From Candidatus Mediterraneibacter quadrami (GTDB lineage Bacteria; Bacillota; Clostridia; Lachnospirales; Lachnospiraceae), in NCBI GenBank assembly GCA_019120575.1, contig DWUU01000035.1:11877-75876 (forward strand): a stretch of 64,000 nucleotides of DNA, given 5' to 3'. Shown here piece after piece: positions 27,501 to 42,500 of this stretch. Every line of letters starts with the position of its first letter. Position 1 is the stretch's first letter. Below the pieces are notes generated by a model. That model worked only from the letters and a program-made list of their open reading frames with translations. It did no database searches and was not told where the DNA came from. A program made the position numbers and the translations under genes.

Positions 27501-30500
27501 TGGAGTATTTGCCGGAAGGATGGCATGCAGATGGGGAAATTCTTGAAGGTGGGAAACGTGTAGTTTACACCGATGATTTCACGCTGGGAGATTACCTTGG
27601 CAACAGTGCTCAGGAAGCATATGAACTGAAATTAGAGAACGACCGGAACGGAAGTATAGAACTTACAAAGAAGTTCTATCAGGCGACCGCAGGCGGGATG
27701 ACGGAGACAAAGGCTCAGGATCTGACCGCTACTTTCGACCTGTACTATAAAGATGGTAGTGACGAGCTTAAAAAGTATGAGGAAGGCAGTAGCTATACGG
27801 TTGCCGCAGGACAGAGTGTGTCCATTACAGACCTGCCGCGTACAGGAGACGGTGGGGCAGACCGGGAGTACTGGTTGGTGGAGACTTCTTCCCAGGAAGG
27901 ATACAAACCCTCTGAAAATGTGACAGGCACTAATGCGGCTTCCGGGCAGACACTCAACATTGACGGTAAAGACCAGACAGCCTTCGGCCCGTTTAATTTT
28001 AATAAATCTCTGGAAGAGGGAAAAGAAAATATTGTACTGGAGCAGTCTGTCACCATCAGCAATGTGGAGCAGAAAGTTCCGGTTGTGGTCAAGAAGGTGA
28101 ATTCATATAATGTGAACCAGTTCGTACCAGGAGCTGGGTATACCATTTATGAGTACAATGGGACAGCAGAAGATAATAAAGGAACTCAGATAGGATTTGA
28201 AACAAAGATCACTAGTTCGGCAGGTGCACTTTCCAAGCTGGATCCGGGAAAGAAGTATCTGGTGGTAGAGACAACAGTTCCCCAGGGTTATGAGAATGTT
28301 AATACATCGGATTCTCTGATCATTGACCTGACAACAACCCTGGAAGTGGGGACGACTACTCCGGTAGAGACAGTTACCCTTCTGAATCGGCCGGATCCCA
28401 CCATCACAGTGGACAAGGCCCGGAAAAATGCAGCGGGCAATGATACAGACCTGAAGGGCGTCACTTTTGAAGTCTATACCAAAGAAGAGGGTAGCAATTC
28501 CTTTACCCGGGTACTGGGATATGATGACCAGCCGCTTACCATCACATCCGGGACTGCAACACAGATTCCGGCAGGAGAGTATTATCTGAAAGAAGTGGTA
28601 GGGGAAAACCCGAACAGCGTTCTGGATCCCTCCAAATATCCGGATGTTTATAAAGATGTAGAAGGAATCAAAGCAGAGGATGGATTCTACTTTGGACCAT
28701 TTGAAGTGGAACAGCAGAAAGACGCAAAGACTATCGGGCCGCTGGTCAACTATTCTGACGAGGGCGCTGTCACTGTGACCAAACTGCAGATGATGTGGGA
28801 TGGATCGACACAGCCTCTGGAAGGAGCAGAGATCGGGATTTATAATGGGGATAAACAGGTCGTTGCAGCGACAAGTGCGGCCGATACCGGGCATGCCACA
28901 TTCACCGGACTTCCGATCTACGACGAGGACGGGGAAAAGATTACCTACACCATCAAAGAGCTTACCGCTCCGGATGGGTATACAAAAAGCGATGACATAC
29001 TTAAAGTTCAGCTGACGCCTGGAGAGACTGTGGAAACTGACACAGAGGGTGAGGATCTGAAACTGATCAATCAGCCGGAGACCAGTCTGCAGGTGTACAA
29101 GACGTACTATAATGTGTGGGAGCACGCATTTACCAATAAGCAATATGAACTTCCGGGCGCAGTGATCGCGCTCTATGTGGAGAATGCAGACGGGGACTAT
29201 GAGCTTGTAGGAGAACCTCAAACGACAGATGTGGCCGGAAATGTGTTCTTCAATGGCCTGACCCAGAAAGATCACTATGTGGCGATCGAAGTCTGTGTTC
29301 CGAAGGGAGAGGCGTACCAGTATCTGGAGCCGATAGCCCCGGAGAAAGAATATCTGAACCCGGATTATCTGACAAATGGAGATCTTCCGAAGGAAATAAA
29401 GGGAGAAGATTTAGCAAACTACTATTATGTAGAAAAGGAAGCCAACACAGGCAATCCGGTAGAAAAGTACTGGAAACAGATGGTCAATGTGGAAAACTGG
29501 GCCCAGCTGCAGATTGAAAAGTTCGTATATGAGGATGAGGAACATCAAGAGCATCCATATGATAAGCGGAAAATCAACAACGCCCAGTTCACCCTCTACA
29601 TGCAGATCGTGGATCCGGATTCTACGACATTAGCTTTTGACCTTACGCAAAATCCGGACAGCTACACAGAGATCGGCACATATTCCAGCGGAACTCTCTA
29701 TGACGTCAATGGTGTCCGCATGGACGGCTGGTTTGGAACAGACGTGCTGAAATCCGCAGACAACGTAGTCTACTGGCTGGTAGAGACATATGCCGGTATC
29801 GGCGCAGATTTCAATCCGAAGAATGTGGTGACACTGATCCATCGTGAAGGAACAAACTACACCAACGTCACGGAATATGAGTTGGAAGGGGAAATAGTAC
29901 ATCCGACATATGATATAAAATATGTAGATAATAAAGTGACGACCGGAGAAATTGAGAATCTTCCGTTATACGGCGGCGCTCCGGCTATGTTCTCTACCGT
30001 GCGTATCGCCAAGTGGGCGGGCGCCAGAAACCAGGAGACAGGGAAAAAGATCTATGAATACACCCCTCTTGGAAATGCCAGCTTCGACCTTTATCTGGCT
30101 GATTCACAGGGAAATCTGTACAACAAGCTGGATACCATGACCACTGGTCTGGATAATAACGTGGGACAACAGGATGAGCCGTTAAGCGCATGGGCTTCCT
30201 CCCGGGCATTCTCCTGGAAGGAACTGACGGGTCTTTATGAGAAAGAACTGTCCGCGGAACTCTATCAGGACATCTTTACCATAGATGGGGATGGAAACGG
30301 ATATGTCCGGGTCGCGATCGTAGAGAGCGACGCGCCTGTGGGCTACACCATGGATAAGAGGAACACCTACTATATGTATATGTTCTTCGAATATGATAAG
30401 GAAAAAGTTACAGAAATCTTCAATGACGCCTACTATGTGAAAGGCGATGAAGAGGAAGCGCCGGATGTAGAGCTGGCTGAAAACCAGGAAGGAACCCAGT

Positions 30501-33500
30501 GGGCGCTGTATCCTACGGAAGAAACAGCAGAAGGCGGCTATACCGGAGTAGGAGAGATGGGAACTGCCCCGCAAGACGCTGTGACGGATCAGTACCGTCT
30601 GGTCAACTGGCCTATCGACAAATGGGCGGTAACCGTACAGAAATACGGGTATGAAGTACAGGACGCCAACCTGAACCGGAACTCGGAAGAACTGAATGAT
30701 TACTATGCCTTCGGCGGCCATACAGACCGTACGCCGCTGTCCGTGACCATGCGCCTGGAGCGGTATGTCGGCGGCAAGTGGAGTCCATATGCCTATACTA
30801 CCAATCCCGATCATGCGAACGGTCAGTTTAAGACGGACGGCAGCGGCTACTTTGCATTCCCGGAAGGACTTCCTATGGGAATCTACCGGATTGTGGAAGT
30901 GACGCCGGCAGCCGGCTATGAGAATATTTACGATGGCACAGCCATTACTAACGGAGGAGCCGGACAGGACAAGGCGGCCTACTACTTCCAGGTAGATACG
31001 GAAAATGTACATATTACCATGTATAATCCGAAGAAGCTGTCTCTCAATGTGACCAAGACAGATATGGAGGATCAACCGCTTAAGGATACGACCTTTACGC
31101 TGACGGATCAGACGGATTCTTCCAATAAGATCGAGCCTGCCAAGACGGATGAGAAGGGCGTTGCCCGGCTGGAAAATATCGGAACAGGCACTTATAAGCT
31201 GACAGAGACAGCCACCAGCGGATATGTAGACAGCTACTTTAGTAAATATTTTGCAGCGGCCTACAGTGATACGGCAACTTACAAGAATCTGAATGATCTG
31301 GTCAATGGAAACGGTATTTTCCTGGGTTACAAAACCAGCCTGAAAGCTGGTGAATTCGGGACCAGCGTGCAGGTGGAGCAGGTTACAGATATCTCCGATT
31401 ATGGAATTGATACGGAGAAGGGTATTACTGTGACGGTTAAAAACCCGAAGGAAATCTCCTTTAGTATCCGGAAAGCGGACGCAGACACCGGAGCATATAA
31501 AAATGGCGCGCAGTTTAAAGTAGAGTATCTGCCCTTTGGTACGTTAAGCGGTGAGATCACGGTAACCAGTGCTTCGGTTGAGTGGCAGGATAAGGGCACA
31601 AAGACTACTGCGGGGACAGAAGGAACCACAAAAGGTCTGGCCACAGTTACCGGTGAACCGGGAATTTACCGGATCACAGAGACCAAAGCGCCGGACGGAT
31701 ATGACATTACCAGCACGCAGCCTCAGTATGTGGCAATGACCGGCGGACTGGATATTAAGAAAGTCACTGTGGACGGGACGGAGATCCGTAAGGATACCAA
31801 TGTTCCGCTGGAGTTCGAAGACGACCAGCAGGTCAGCCTTACGGTGACAAAGACCATTGAGAAGAATGACATGGAGATCACCGGAAGCCATGCCTTTACC
31901 TTCACGCTGTATGACGCAGAGAAGAAAAAGATCAAAGAGCTGAAGATTACAACAACGGATGGAAAAACGGCCAGCGGCAGCTTCGACGGCCTGAGCCAGG
32001 GCAAGACCTATTACCTGAAGGAAACCGTTGTAAATGCAGGATTTGCCTTTACCGGCATGACAGGCGAAAACGGCAGCCCGATGACGTCGGATCCGGACGG
32101 CTATTATGAGATCACCATGCCAACGGAGCCGAAGGATGTTTCCGTGACGGCTGAGAACACTTACCTGTATGCGAAGGCGTCCATCCGCAAGGTGAACGGC
32201 GAGACCGGAGAATATCTGGAAGGAGCGGCGTTCCGCGTCGTACAGGTGGTTGACGGGCAAGAACAAGAGACAAGTATAAAGGTTGTGGATGACGGAGATG
32301 GCAGCTATACCGCTACCTTCCTGCTGAAAGGCACCCAGCCGGAGACTTACCGTTTCTATGAAACCCAGGCGCCGTACAATTACCTGAAGGATGAGACGCA
32401 TTACATTGAAGTGACTGTAGGACCGGGACAAGTGCTTGCCGCACCGGGCTGGAATGACACCTATACACAAGTTGGTGACCGGGAGCAGAATAATCAGGCC
32501 ATGCTGGATGACCGGCTCTTCCCTAACTACCAGGGCGCATATATCGATCTTGTCAAGTATGATAACGTCCAGGGAGCGGGAGTTGCCAATCCGCAGAAGG
32601 GGGCAGATTTCACCCTCTACCGCTATAACGAAGATACAAAAGAATGGGAGTTTGCGGCGCAGGCTACCACAGACGGAGACGGCGAGATCCACTTCGTTGT
32701 AAACGGCGGCCGGAAGTACGCGCTGGAAGAGTCCTATGTTCCAACCGGATGGCAGGGCCTGGAAGGCATTTACCAGAATGACCAGAAGGCGGATACCATT
32801 GGTGTGACAGTAGGAAATGAGGAAAAGACGCTTCACCTTATCAATGGCGGAAATGCAATAGTGGCCGGAGATACCTATGCTTATCAGGCTTATAACATCC
32901 CGCTTCTGGATCTGCAGATCCGCAAGGAAAATGCTCTGGATCCGAGTAAGAGACTAAGCGCTACGGCGGCGGTTTACGAGGTGCCGGAGGGGACATCTCT
33001 TGATACGGATGAAGAAGTGACGGCGTTTATCGAGGATGAAGCGAATAAGCCGCTTGAGTCTGAAATCAGCGTGAACATGCCAGGCGGTTCCAATGAGAAT
33101 CTCTACAGCTATTCGGTTGATGAACGGCTGAAGAATCTGGTTGTGGCAGGCAAGACCTACCTGGTGGTGGAGACTTCCGCCAGCACAAGCCAGATCCGGG
33201 AGAATGCCAACGTGCAGTGGTATGACCTGGTCGAAATACCGGAGGGCAGCAGGGATGCGCAGACCGCAGTTCTTAAGAACGTGGAAGGAAGCGCAGCGCT
33301 GAAGCTGGCGAAGACTGCGGAAAAGAAGAATTATACCAGCCTCTTTACCCAGAGGGCGGAAGTGAACTATACGATCACGCCGACAGTGGGAACCAACACG
33401 TATCCGCTGAAGGATTTCACCGTGCGTGACGAAGGACTTACCGCTTACAATAACGGGCAGCCTCTTGCAGCGGATATCCTGGCAGGGAAATACTCCCTGA

Positions 33501-36500
33501 CAGAGGTGACTGTGGGACCGGCCAGCCATAAAACGAGCGATCTGGCAGAGGGGATTGACGGGCCTATCTATGCGACCGTCACCTTCTACGGGGCGAACGG
33601 AGACATAGTATCTACTTCAGAAAAACTGGACGTAAGCAATGGCTCTCAGACGGCAGTTCTGCCGGAGGGAAGCGCCAAGGCAGAAAAGATCTCGGTAAGC
33701 TATGAATGTACGCAGTTTAAGGATAAGACTAAGACCGAATATGCTCTGGGCACCAATTTCCAGCCAGGGACCATTCAGGTGAAGGCAGAGATCGATCAGC
33801 AGACCGGTGAAGAGGGTCAGGAGATGGAGATCATCGACCAGATCCGCAATACGTCGGAAGCCACCCTGCATTATCAGGAGTGGACACCGGCAGGAACCAA
33901 AGCAGACACAGTTTCCGAGTTGAAGAAGACAGCGACGGCGGATGTGTACTTCGGTGAGCAGGAGGCGGCCATTGTATCGGTGGAGAAGACGGCGGATAAG
34001 ACTACCGTAAATCTTCTGGATCCGGTGGTGTACAGCATTACCATTACAAACGATGAAAACGCGCCGGAAGCTATGCAGGAGCCATTCCTGGTGGATTTCC
34101 TGCCCCAGGGGACCAGCTGGCAGCCGTACGATGATGAGAACGATGTGCTTCTGGAAGCCGGAGATACCGGTATTACCGTCAGCCATATGCGGACCGGAAC
34201 CAGACAGGGCGAGACGGGAGTATTTGTCTTCCTGAACGGAAATCTGGATCCGGGAGAGAGCGTGACCGTTAAACTGAAAGTTATGACAGAGAACGCGGCA
34301 GCCCTCTACGGAAACACCATGAATAACTACGTGCTGGTGGGAAGCGATGTGTCCGGGCCGAGAACAGAGGAGAACCCTCAGGGGGCTTCCTTTATGAATG
34401 AAAACGGCAGATGGGCGCAGAGCGTGGAAAGCGTTACCACATCCATGGATAAGGACCGTCAGGATATCCTGAAGGAAATCCTGGATGAGCAGGCCGCTTA
34501 CGGATACGTGTCAGACATGGCGTCCGTAAACTGGACCGGCGGTTCAGACCTTGTTATGGTCAAATCCGCTTACGGAGACCAGAACGCGGCGGCTGGATAT
34601 TCGACGGATATCCTCTCGACAATAAGCAACGGCGGGACCATGTACTACCGGCTGTCCGTATCCAACGCGTCACAGCTTTATACGACAACGCAGTTTACCC
34701 TTCTGGACGTCCTTCCGGCAGTGGGAGACTTTACTTCCGGCAATGCGGCCCGTGACAGTAAGTGGGCGCTGAACTTTGATGAGATCACCAGAGTTTATAA
34801 GACGTCTCAGACAGGATCAGGTGTTGATACGACAGAGATCAGCGCGGATCTGTACCATGTTTACTACTATACCGGAACGCTGGATGGAATCGGAGCGTAT
34901 CAAAACCTCTATGACCAGGCCGAAAATCTTGGATATGAGGATAGCGGAAATCTGCCGTCAGGCTGGGTTACCAATGTGACGGATAAGACAACGATCAAAG
35001 CATTTGCAGTGGCGCTGAAAGAAGATCAGGCGGTACAGCTGAAAAATGACGAGGCGCTGGTGGTTGAGTATCAGGCGCAGCCAAACGGCGGAGAACCATG
35101 GGATGCGGATATACTGAATACAAATTCCTGGCAGAATGCAGTTAACAGCTTTGCCTGCACCTACAGCCGGTTCAGTGAGAATCATCCTGAGCCCGAGTGG
35201 GTCGGCAATGTATTTGGTTCCAACCAGGTGTCTAATACCATTGTCCCGACAGAAGTCGGCGTGGGCGGGCACATCTGGATCGATAAGAACAACGATGGTA
35301 TCTGGCAGAAGGATGAGAGTATCTCCAACTTCCAGAGTAATTACCTGATCGGGCAGATGTTGGATGAGATCGAGGTCCGGCTCTTTACTTACACGGGAAC
35401 CAATCCCAATCCGACGGACAGATCAGAAGTTTATCCGACAACCGGCACTGATTGGAAGAGCAAGGCAAACTATCAGTTTACAGGACTGATCCCGGCCATG
35501 CTGCGGGAAGGTGTAACGGAGGCGACGGCTTATCCGAACGGAATCCTGGATCCTACGCAGCTGAAAGGGTCGGCGCCGTCCACCTATACGCTGAACGTGA
35601 CCATACCAAACGAAGTGGATGGTAAATATAAGGTGACAAGCCTGGGCGAGACCAGCGGTATTTCCAGGGATCCAAGGACGATCGCAAAATATTTTCCGGC
35701 AGAAACAACAGACAATAACTTTACCGAGCAAAATTCTGCGGCAGTGTCTGAAAAATTCTACCTGTGGGTAACGGATCCTGAAGATTCGGATAACACCAAG
35801 GATATCGGCCTTGTTCCCTACCGGGATCTTAAGATCCATAAGACGGCTACGGATGATACGGCTACCAATGTGGAAGGAGCAAAGTTTACCGTCTACGGAC
35901 CATTTGCAGACGAAAATGTGACGGAAGCAGATCTGACCGAGAAAAAGAAGGTCGCCAACGGTACGACAGACCAGAACGGCAATCTAACTGTAGAAGATCT
36001 GCTCTGGTATCAGAACTATGTGATCGTGGAAGAGTCCACGGCGGCAGGTTATGAACTGGACGGCGCGACTGCAACAGGTGCTACTGGAACCAATATTGCC
36101 CCCATCAGCCTGGGTAAGAAGACGGCATGGCTCCTGAAGACGCCGGAAGACAGCAAGACAGAGCCGGTTGACACAGTGAATATCACCAACGACCGGACGG
36201 AGGTGAAGGCAACACTTAAGGCTGAAAAAGAATACCTGAAGAACGGGGACGAACAGACGCTTAAAGGCGATGAGTTTACCTTCAACCTGTGGGAAAGCCT
36301 TGCAGATATTACAACAGAAGGAAAAACCCCGCTGATGACTGCTAATAATACGGCAGACGGCAGCGTGACCTTCAAAGGAATTGATGAGCTGACCTATGAC
36401 CGGCCGGGAACCCATTACTACTACATCACAGAGCAGCAGAAAGACACCAATCCGTATCAGGGCGTGACCTATGACGAAACCATTTACCGGGCAACAGTGA

Positions 36501-39500
36501 CGGTAGAGTGGGTGGCAGGAAAAGGACTGGAGACAACTGTTATTTACGATAAGCAGACCGGTCCGGACGCCTGGGCTCCTGCGACAGCGGCGGAGTTTAC
36601 CAACGAGTACAATGCTACAGGAAACTGGACGCCGGCAGTGACTAAGACCCTGACAGGCCGTGACATGAAGGAGAATGAGACCTTTACCATTGAAGTGGTG
36701 GAGAATGATAACGGAACTGAGACGGTGGTCGCCACCGGAACCGTTTCCGGCGGCAAGGATGGAGAGCCTGTGGGCGTAGTCTTTGATGATCCGGTTGCAT
36801 ATGACCTGGATGACGTAGGTGTGAACCATAGCTATACCATCCGGGAGAAGAATGCAGGTAATACTACAAACGGACTGACCTACAGCAAGGAAGAATATGA
36901 AGTGACTGTTACTGTAACAGATAAGGGTGACGGTACACTGAATGTGGCTGCGGTTTATCCGGATGGCGCTAAGAGCGTGAACTTTGAAAATATTTATAAA
37001 CCGGAACCGATCACCTATATGCCAGTTGTGACCAAGACGGTGACAGGCAATGAACTGCCGGCAGATCAAACCTTTACGTTTGATCTGGCAGCCGGGACAT
37101 TTGAGCCGGAAGACGGCGCACAGATGCCGGCGGATACCCAGGCACAGATCAAGGTGGCGAAAGGACAGACGACCGGAACAGTAACAGATAATAATTTTGG
37201 TGCGATCACCTTTAAGAAAGCTGGAACCTACACCTTCACGATCACTGAGGAGAAGCCGACACAGACAGGATTTGAGAAGTATGATACCAGTGAGTGGACG
37301 CTGACGGTAGTGGTGAGCGATGACGGCAACGGTAAGCTGAAACAGGAGTCTGCAGTTTACACCAAAGAGGGCGTGACAGACGGAACGGAAGCGGCATTTA
37401 CCAATGAGTACGATCCGACAGACGCAACGGTACGGCTGCAGGCAGCCAAGAAGATGACCAGTGACCTGGCGGAAGAGCTGCCTCACGATATGACCTTTAC
37501 CTTTGAGCAGAGCTATTCCGGGGAGAAACCGGATTCCGTGCTCATGCCGGAAGAAAATCAGGTTGAGGTTACAATAGGCAATCTGGATACGAAAGTAGAT
37601 GCACCGAAGTTTGGCGAGATCACCTTTACCGCAGCTGGCGAATATACCTTTGCCATTGAGGAAGTGATTCCTGCTGGGGCAGACCGTGAAGAAGGCGTGA
37701 ACTACGATAACAAGATCTGGAATGTGAAAGTGAAGGTGACAGACGAGGGAGGAATCCTGAAAGCTTCTGCCCCGGTATATTACCTGTCCACAGCGGCACT
37801 GGACAATCCTTCTGACCCGGTATTTACGAATACATACAAGACAGAGAAGACTGACTTTACGCCGGGTATCAGCAAGACGCTGACAGGAGATCCGATCCCG
37901 GAGGAGAAGACCTTTACCTTTGAACTGACTGCGAATGCAGGAAATGATAAGGATGGCTTCCAGATCCTGGATCAGGCTGAAAATCCGGTAGAAAAGGGAA
38001 CGGCAACGGTGACCTACAACGCCGGAGAATCCGGACTCAGATCGACGAACTTCAATGACATCCAGTTCAGCAAAGCGGGACGCTACAGCTTTACCATCAA
38101 TGAGATTACCGATGACGCGGCTGGATACCAGTATGATACCAAGGGTCAGGGACCGTGGACGCTGACGGTGGAGATCAAGGATAAAGGCGGGGCGCTTGAG
38201 ATTAAGAGCGTGTCCTACGAGGATAAAGATGGTACAACCGTTACAGGTGAAAATGCCAGAGCAGAATTTACCAACAGCTACACGGTGACGGATACGACCT
38301 ACATCCCGGCGGTGACCAAGAAGATGACCGGCGACCCGAGACCGGGGGATGCAGACTTTGCATTTACCATTAAACCGGGAACCAGCAATCCGGAAGGCGG
38401 CGCTACGCTTGATCAGGATAAGGAAGCTTCCGTAACCATCGGGAAAGATGTGGATGAGGCAACCGTACCGGCAGCAGATACGCCGACGGCGGAAGAAAAC
38501 GCATTCGGACCGATTACCTTCAGCCAGGCCGGAACCTACACCTTCATCATCCGGGAGACTGACGGCGACGAGGATGGATATACCTATGATACAGATCCAT
38601 GGACACTGACGGTGAAGGTAGAGGATCAGGACAGCCAGCTTACGGTGACAGAGACAACCTACACCAGAGGAACCGACAGTAACAAGACAGCAGCTGTATT
38701 TACCAACAGCTACGAGACAAAAGATTCCAAGCCGTTTACACCGGAAGTTAAGAAGACGGTGACCGGAGAAAACAGGCCGACGGGTACACAGACCTTTGAC
38801 TTTACCCTGACGCCGCCGGCAGGAGATGGATATACCATCGCCAATGATGATAAGACGGCGACGGTAACCGTAACCGATAATGCTTCTACTGGAACCACAA
38901 CAGATCCGTTTGGAGAGATCATCTTCACCAAGGCGGGAACTTATGAGTTCCAGATCGCTGAGGAAAAGGGAAGCGCGAACGGCTATACCTATGATACAGA
39001 TCCGTGGACGCTGACTGTGAAGGTAGAGGATAAAGACAGCCAGATTACGGTGACAGAAACAACCTACACCAGAAAGGGTGATACGGAGAGCACAGAGTAT
39101 GCAACCGTTGTCAACACCTATGCAGTAGAGCCTACAGAGTTTACGCCGGTAGTGGAAAAGACCATAACTGGCGATGACCGGCCGGGCGATGTGACATTTA
39201 ACTTTGAGCTGACCGCGAAAGCGGACGGTTTTGATCCGGCGGACGGTGCGGTGATGCCGAAGGATACGACGGCAGCTATTACCCTGACACCGGATGAGAC
39301 GGAAGGAACCAGCAGCGCAGCAGGCCAGGATGGATTTGGAACGATCCGGTTCATCCATGCCGGAACCTATGAGTTTGAGATCACAGAGACCAACGAAGGA
39401 AAAGGTGGTTATAATTATGACGGAACCCACTGGATCTTGAAGGTGACGGTGGAAGACGTTGGCGGCAGGCTTCAGGTGGCAGCAGACGGCGTACAGTACG

Positions 39501-42500
39501 TGAAAGCAGATAATACTGGAGCGAATGAGGATGCTGCGTTATTTGAGAACAGCTACAGCACAAAAGAGACAAAATACGCTCCGCAGATCAGCAAGATCCT
39601 GACCGGAGATCCCACACCGGGTGATAAGACCTTTACCTTTACGCTTGCGAGAAATGAAGCGGCAGAAGAGGAGGGTACGCCGGCAGACGGCGCGGTGATC
39701 GTCAATGGGCAGACCACCATCACCGGAGCAGGAGACGGAAACTTTGAAAACATTACCTTTGACAAGGTGGGAACCTATCACTTTACCATTGCAGAGGTTC
39801 CGGGAAGTGACGCGGGATACACTTACGATCCGCTGAGCTGGGATCTGGAAGTGGTGGTAGAAAATCAGGATTCGGTCCTGACCGTGGTAAGCCATACCTA
39901 CACCCGGACAGACGTGGATGGTCAGGAAGTAACCTCTGACGAGGAAGCGACCTTTACCAATGATTACGAAGTCATACCTACCGGCTATACGCCGACGGTG
40001 ATCAAGGCCGTGACCGGGGATGACCGGCCGGACGATGTGACATTTAACTTTGAACTGAGCGCGAAAGCGGACGGTTTTGATCCGGCGGATGGCGTGAAGA
40101 TGCCAAAGGATACGATGGCGGCTGTCACCCTGACACCGGAAGAAACGAAAGAAACCAGCAGTGCAGAAGGCCAGGACGGATTTGGAGAGATCCAGTTCAT
40201 CCATGCCGGAACCTATGAGTTTGAGATCACAGAGATCAATGACGGGAAACAGGGCTACGGCTATGACACAAGCACCTGGATCCTGAAGGTGACGGTGGAA
40301 GATATTGACGGCAAGCTTCAGGTGGCAAAAGACGGCGTACAGTATGCGAAAGCAGACGGCACCGGAGCAAATGCGGACGCTGTGTTATTTGAGAACAGCT
40401 ACAGCACAGAAGAGACAGAATACGCTCCGCAGATCAGCAAGATCCTGACCGGAGACCCGACGCCGGTGGATAAGACATTTAACTTTACACTGGAGAGAAA
40501 CACGACGGCAGAGACGTCCGGTACACCGGAAGACGGCGCGGTGATCAGTAATGACCAGACCACGATCATTGGAGAAGATAACAGAAGCTTTGGCAACATT
40601 ACCTTTGACAAGGCGGGAACCTATCACTTTACCATCGCAGAGGTTCCGGGAAGCGACGCGGGATACACCTACGATCCGCTCAAATGGGATCTGGAAGTGG
40701 TGGTAGAGGATCAGGATTCGATCCTGACCGTGGTAAGCCATACCTACACCCGGACAGACGCTGATGGCCAGGAAGTAACCTCTGACGAGGAAGCGACCTT
40801 TACTAATGAGTACGAAGTCGTACCTACCGGCTATACGCCGACGGTGACCAAGGCTATGACCGGTGATGAACGGCCGGGCGATGTGACATTTAGCTTTGAA
40901 CTGAGCGCGAAAGCGGACGGCTTTGAACCGGCGGACGGCGTGGTTATGCCTGAGGATACGAAGGCGGCTGTCACCCTGACACCGGAAGAGACGAAAGGAA
41001 CCAGCAGCGCAGCAGGCCAGGATGGATTTGGAGAGATCCGGTTCATCCATGCCGGAACCTATGAGTTCGAGATCAGAGAAACTGATGACGGAAAATCAGG
41101 CTACGGCTATGATGGAAGCACCTGGATCCTGACGGTGACGGTGGAAGACATTGGCGGTAAGCTTCAGGTGGCAAAAGACGGTGTACAGTACGCGAAAGCA
41201 GATGGCACCGGAGTGAATGCGGACGCTGCGGCATTTGAGAACCGTTACAGCACCACCGAGGCATTCTATGACCCGCAAGTAGCGAAAGTGCTGACCGGAG
41301 ATTCTACACCGGGTAATAAGACCTTTACCTTTACGCTTGCGAGAAATGAAGCGGCGGAGGATGAAGGTACACCGGAAGACGGCGCGGTGATCAGTAATGG
41401 ACAAACCACCATCACTGGAGCAGGAAGCGGAAACTTTGGAAGTATTACCTTTGACAAGGCAGGAACCTATCACTTTACTATTGCAGAGGTTCCGGGAAGC
41501 GACGCGGGATACACCTACGATCCGCTAAGCTGGGATCTGGAAGTGGTGGTAGAAGATCAGGATTCATTCCTGAAAGTGGTAAGCCATACCTATACTCAGA
41601 CAGACGCTGATGGCAAGGAAGCAACCTCCAAAGAGAAAGCGACCTTTACCAATGATTATGAAGTCGTACCTACCGGTTATGTACCGACGGTGAACAAGAC
41701 CATGACCGGTGATGAGCGGCCGGGCGATGTGACATTTGATTTTGAACTGAGCGCAAAAGCGGACGGCTTTGATCCTGCAGACGGCGCGGTTATGCCGGAG
41801 GATACGAAGGCAGCCATTACCCTGACAGCGGAAGAGACGAAAGGAACCAGCAGCGCTGCAGGCCAGGATGGATTCGGAGAGATCACCTTTAACCAGGCCG
41901 GGACCTATACCTTTATCATCCGGGAGACTGACAGTGGCAAGGACGGCTATACCTATGATACAGTTCCGTGGACGCTGACGGTGAAGGTAGAGGACAAGGA
42001 CAGCCAGCTTACGGTGACGGAAACAACCTACACCAGAGCAGGCGAGAGTAATGAAGATGCGGCTGTATTTACCAACAGCTATAAGACAAAAGATTCTATA
42101 CCGTTTACACCGGAAGTTAAGAAGACGGTGACCGGAGAGACTCGGCCGGATGGTACACAGACCTTTGGCTTTACCCTGACGGCGCCGGAAGGAGACGGAT
42201 TTATCATCGACGGAAATGACACAAAGGCAACGGTGACTGTAACCGATAATGCTTCTACCGGAACCACAACGGATCCGTTTGGAGCAATCACCTTCACCAG
42301 GGCAGGAACCTATGAGTTCCAGATTGCCGAGGAACAAGGAAGCGCGAACGGCTATACCTATGATACAGATCCGTGGACGCTGACCGTGGTGGTAGAAGAT
42401 CAGGACAGCCAGCTTAAGGTGACAGAAGCAACCTATACCAGAAAGGGTGATACGGAGAGCACAGAGTTTGCAACCTTTGTCAACAACTATGCAGTGGAGC

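Noticed and set aside
35984-39430. 1148-aa minus-strand ORF, plus a 912-aa one at 41564-44302 and many shorter ones, opposite the adhesin
   Set aside because: Antisense shadows of a repetitive, codon-biased gene. They have no RBS or protein-like composition, and their repeats simply mirror the adhesin repeats.
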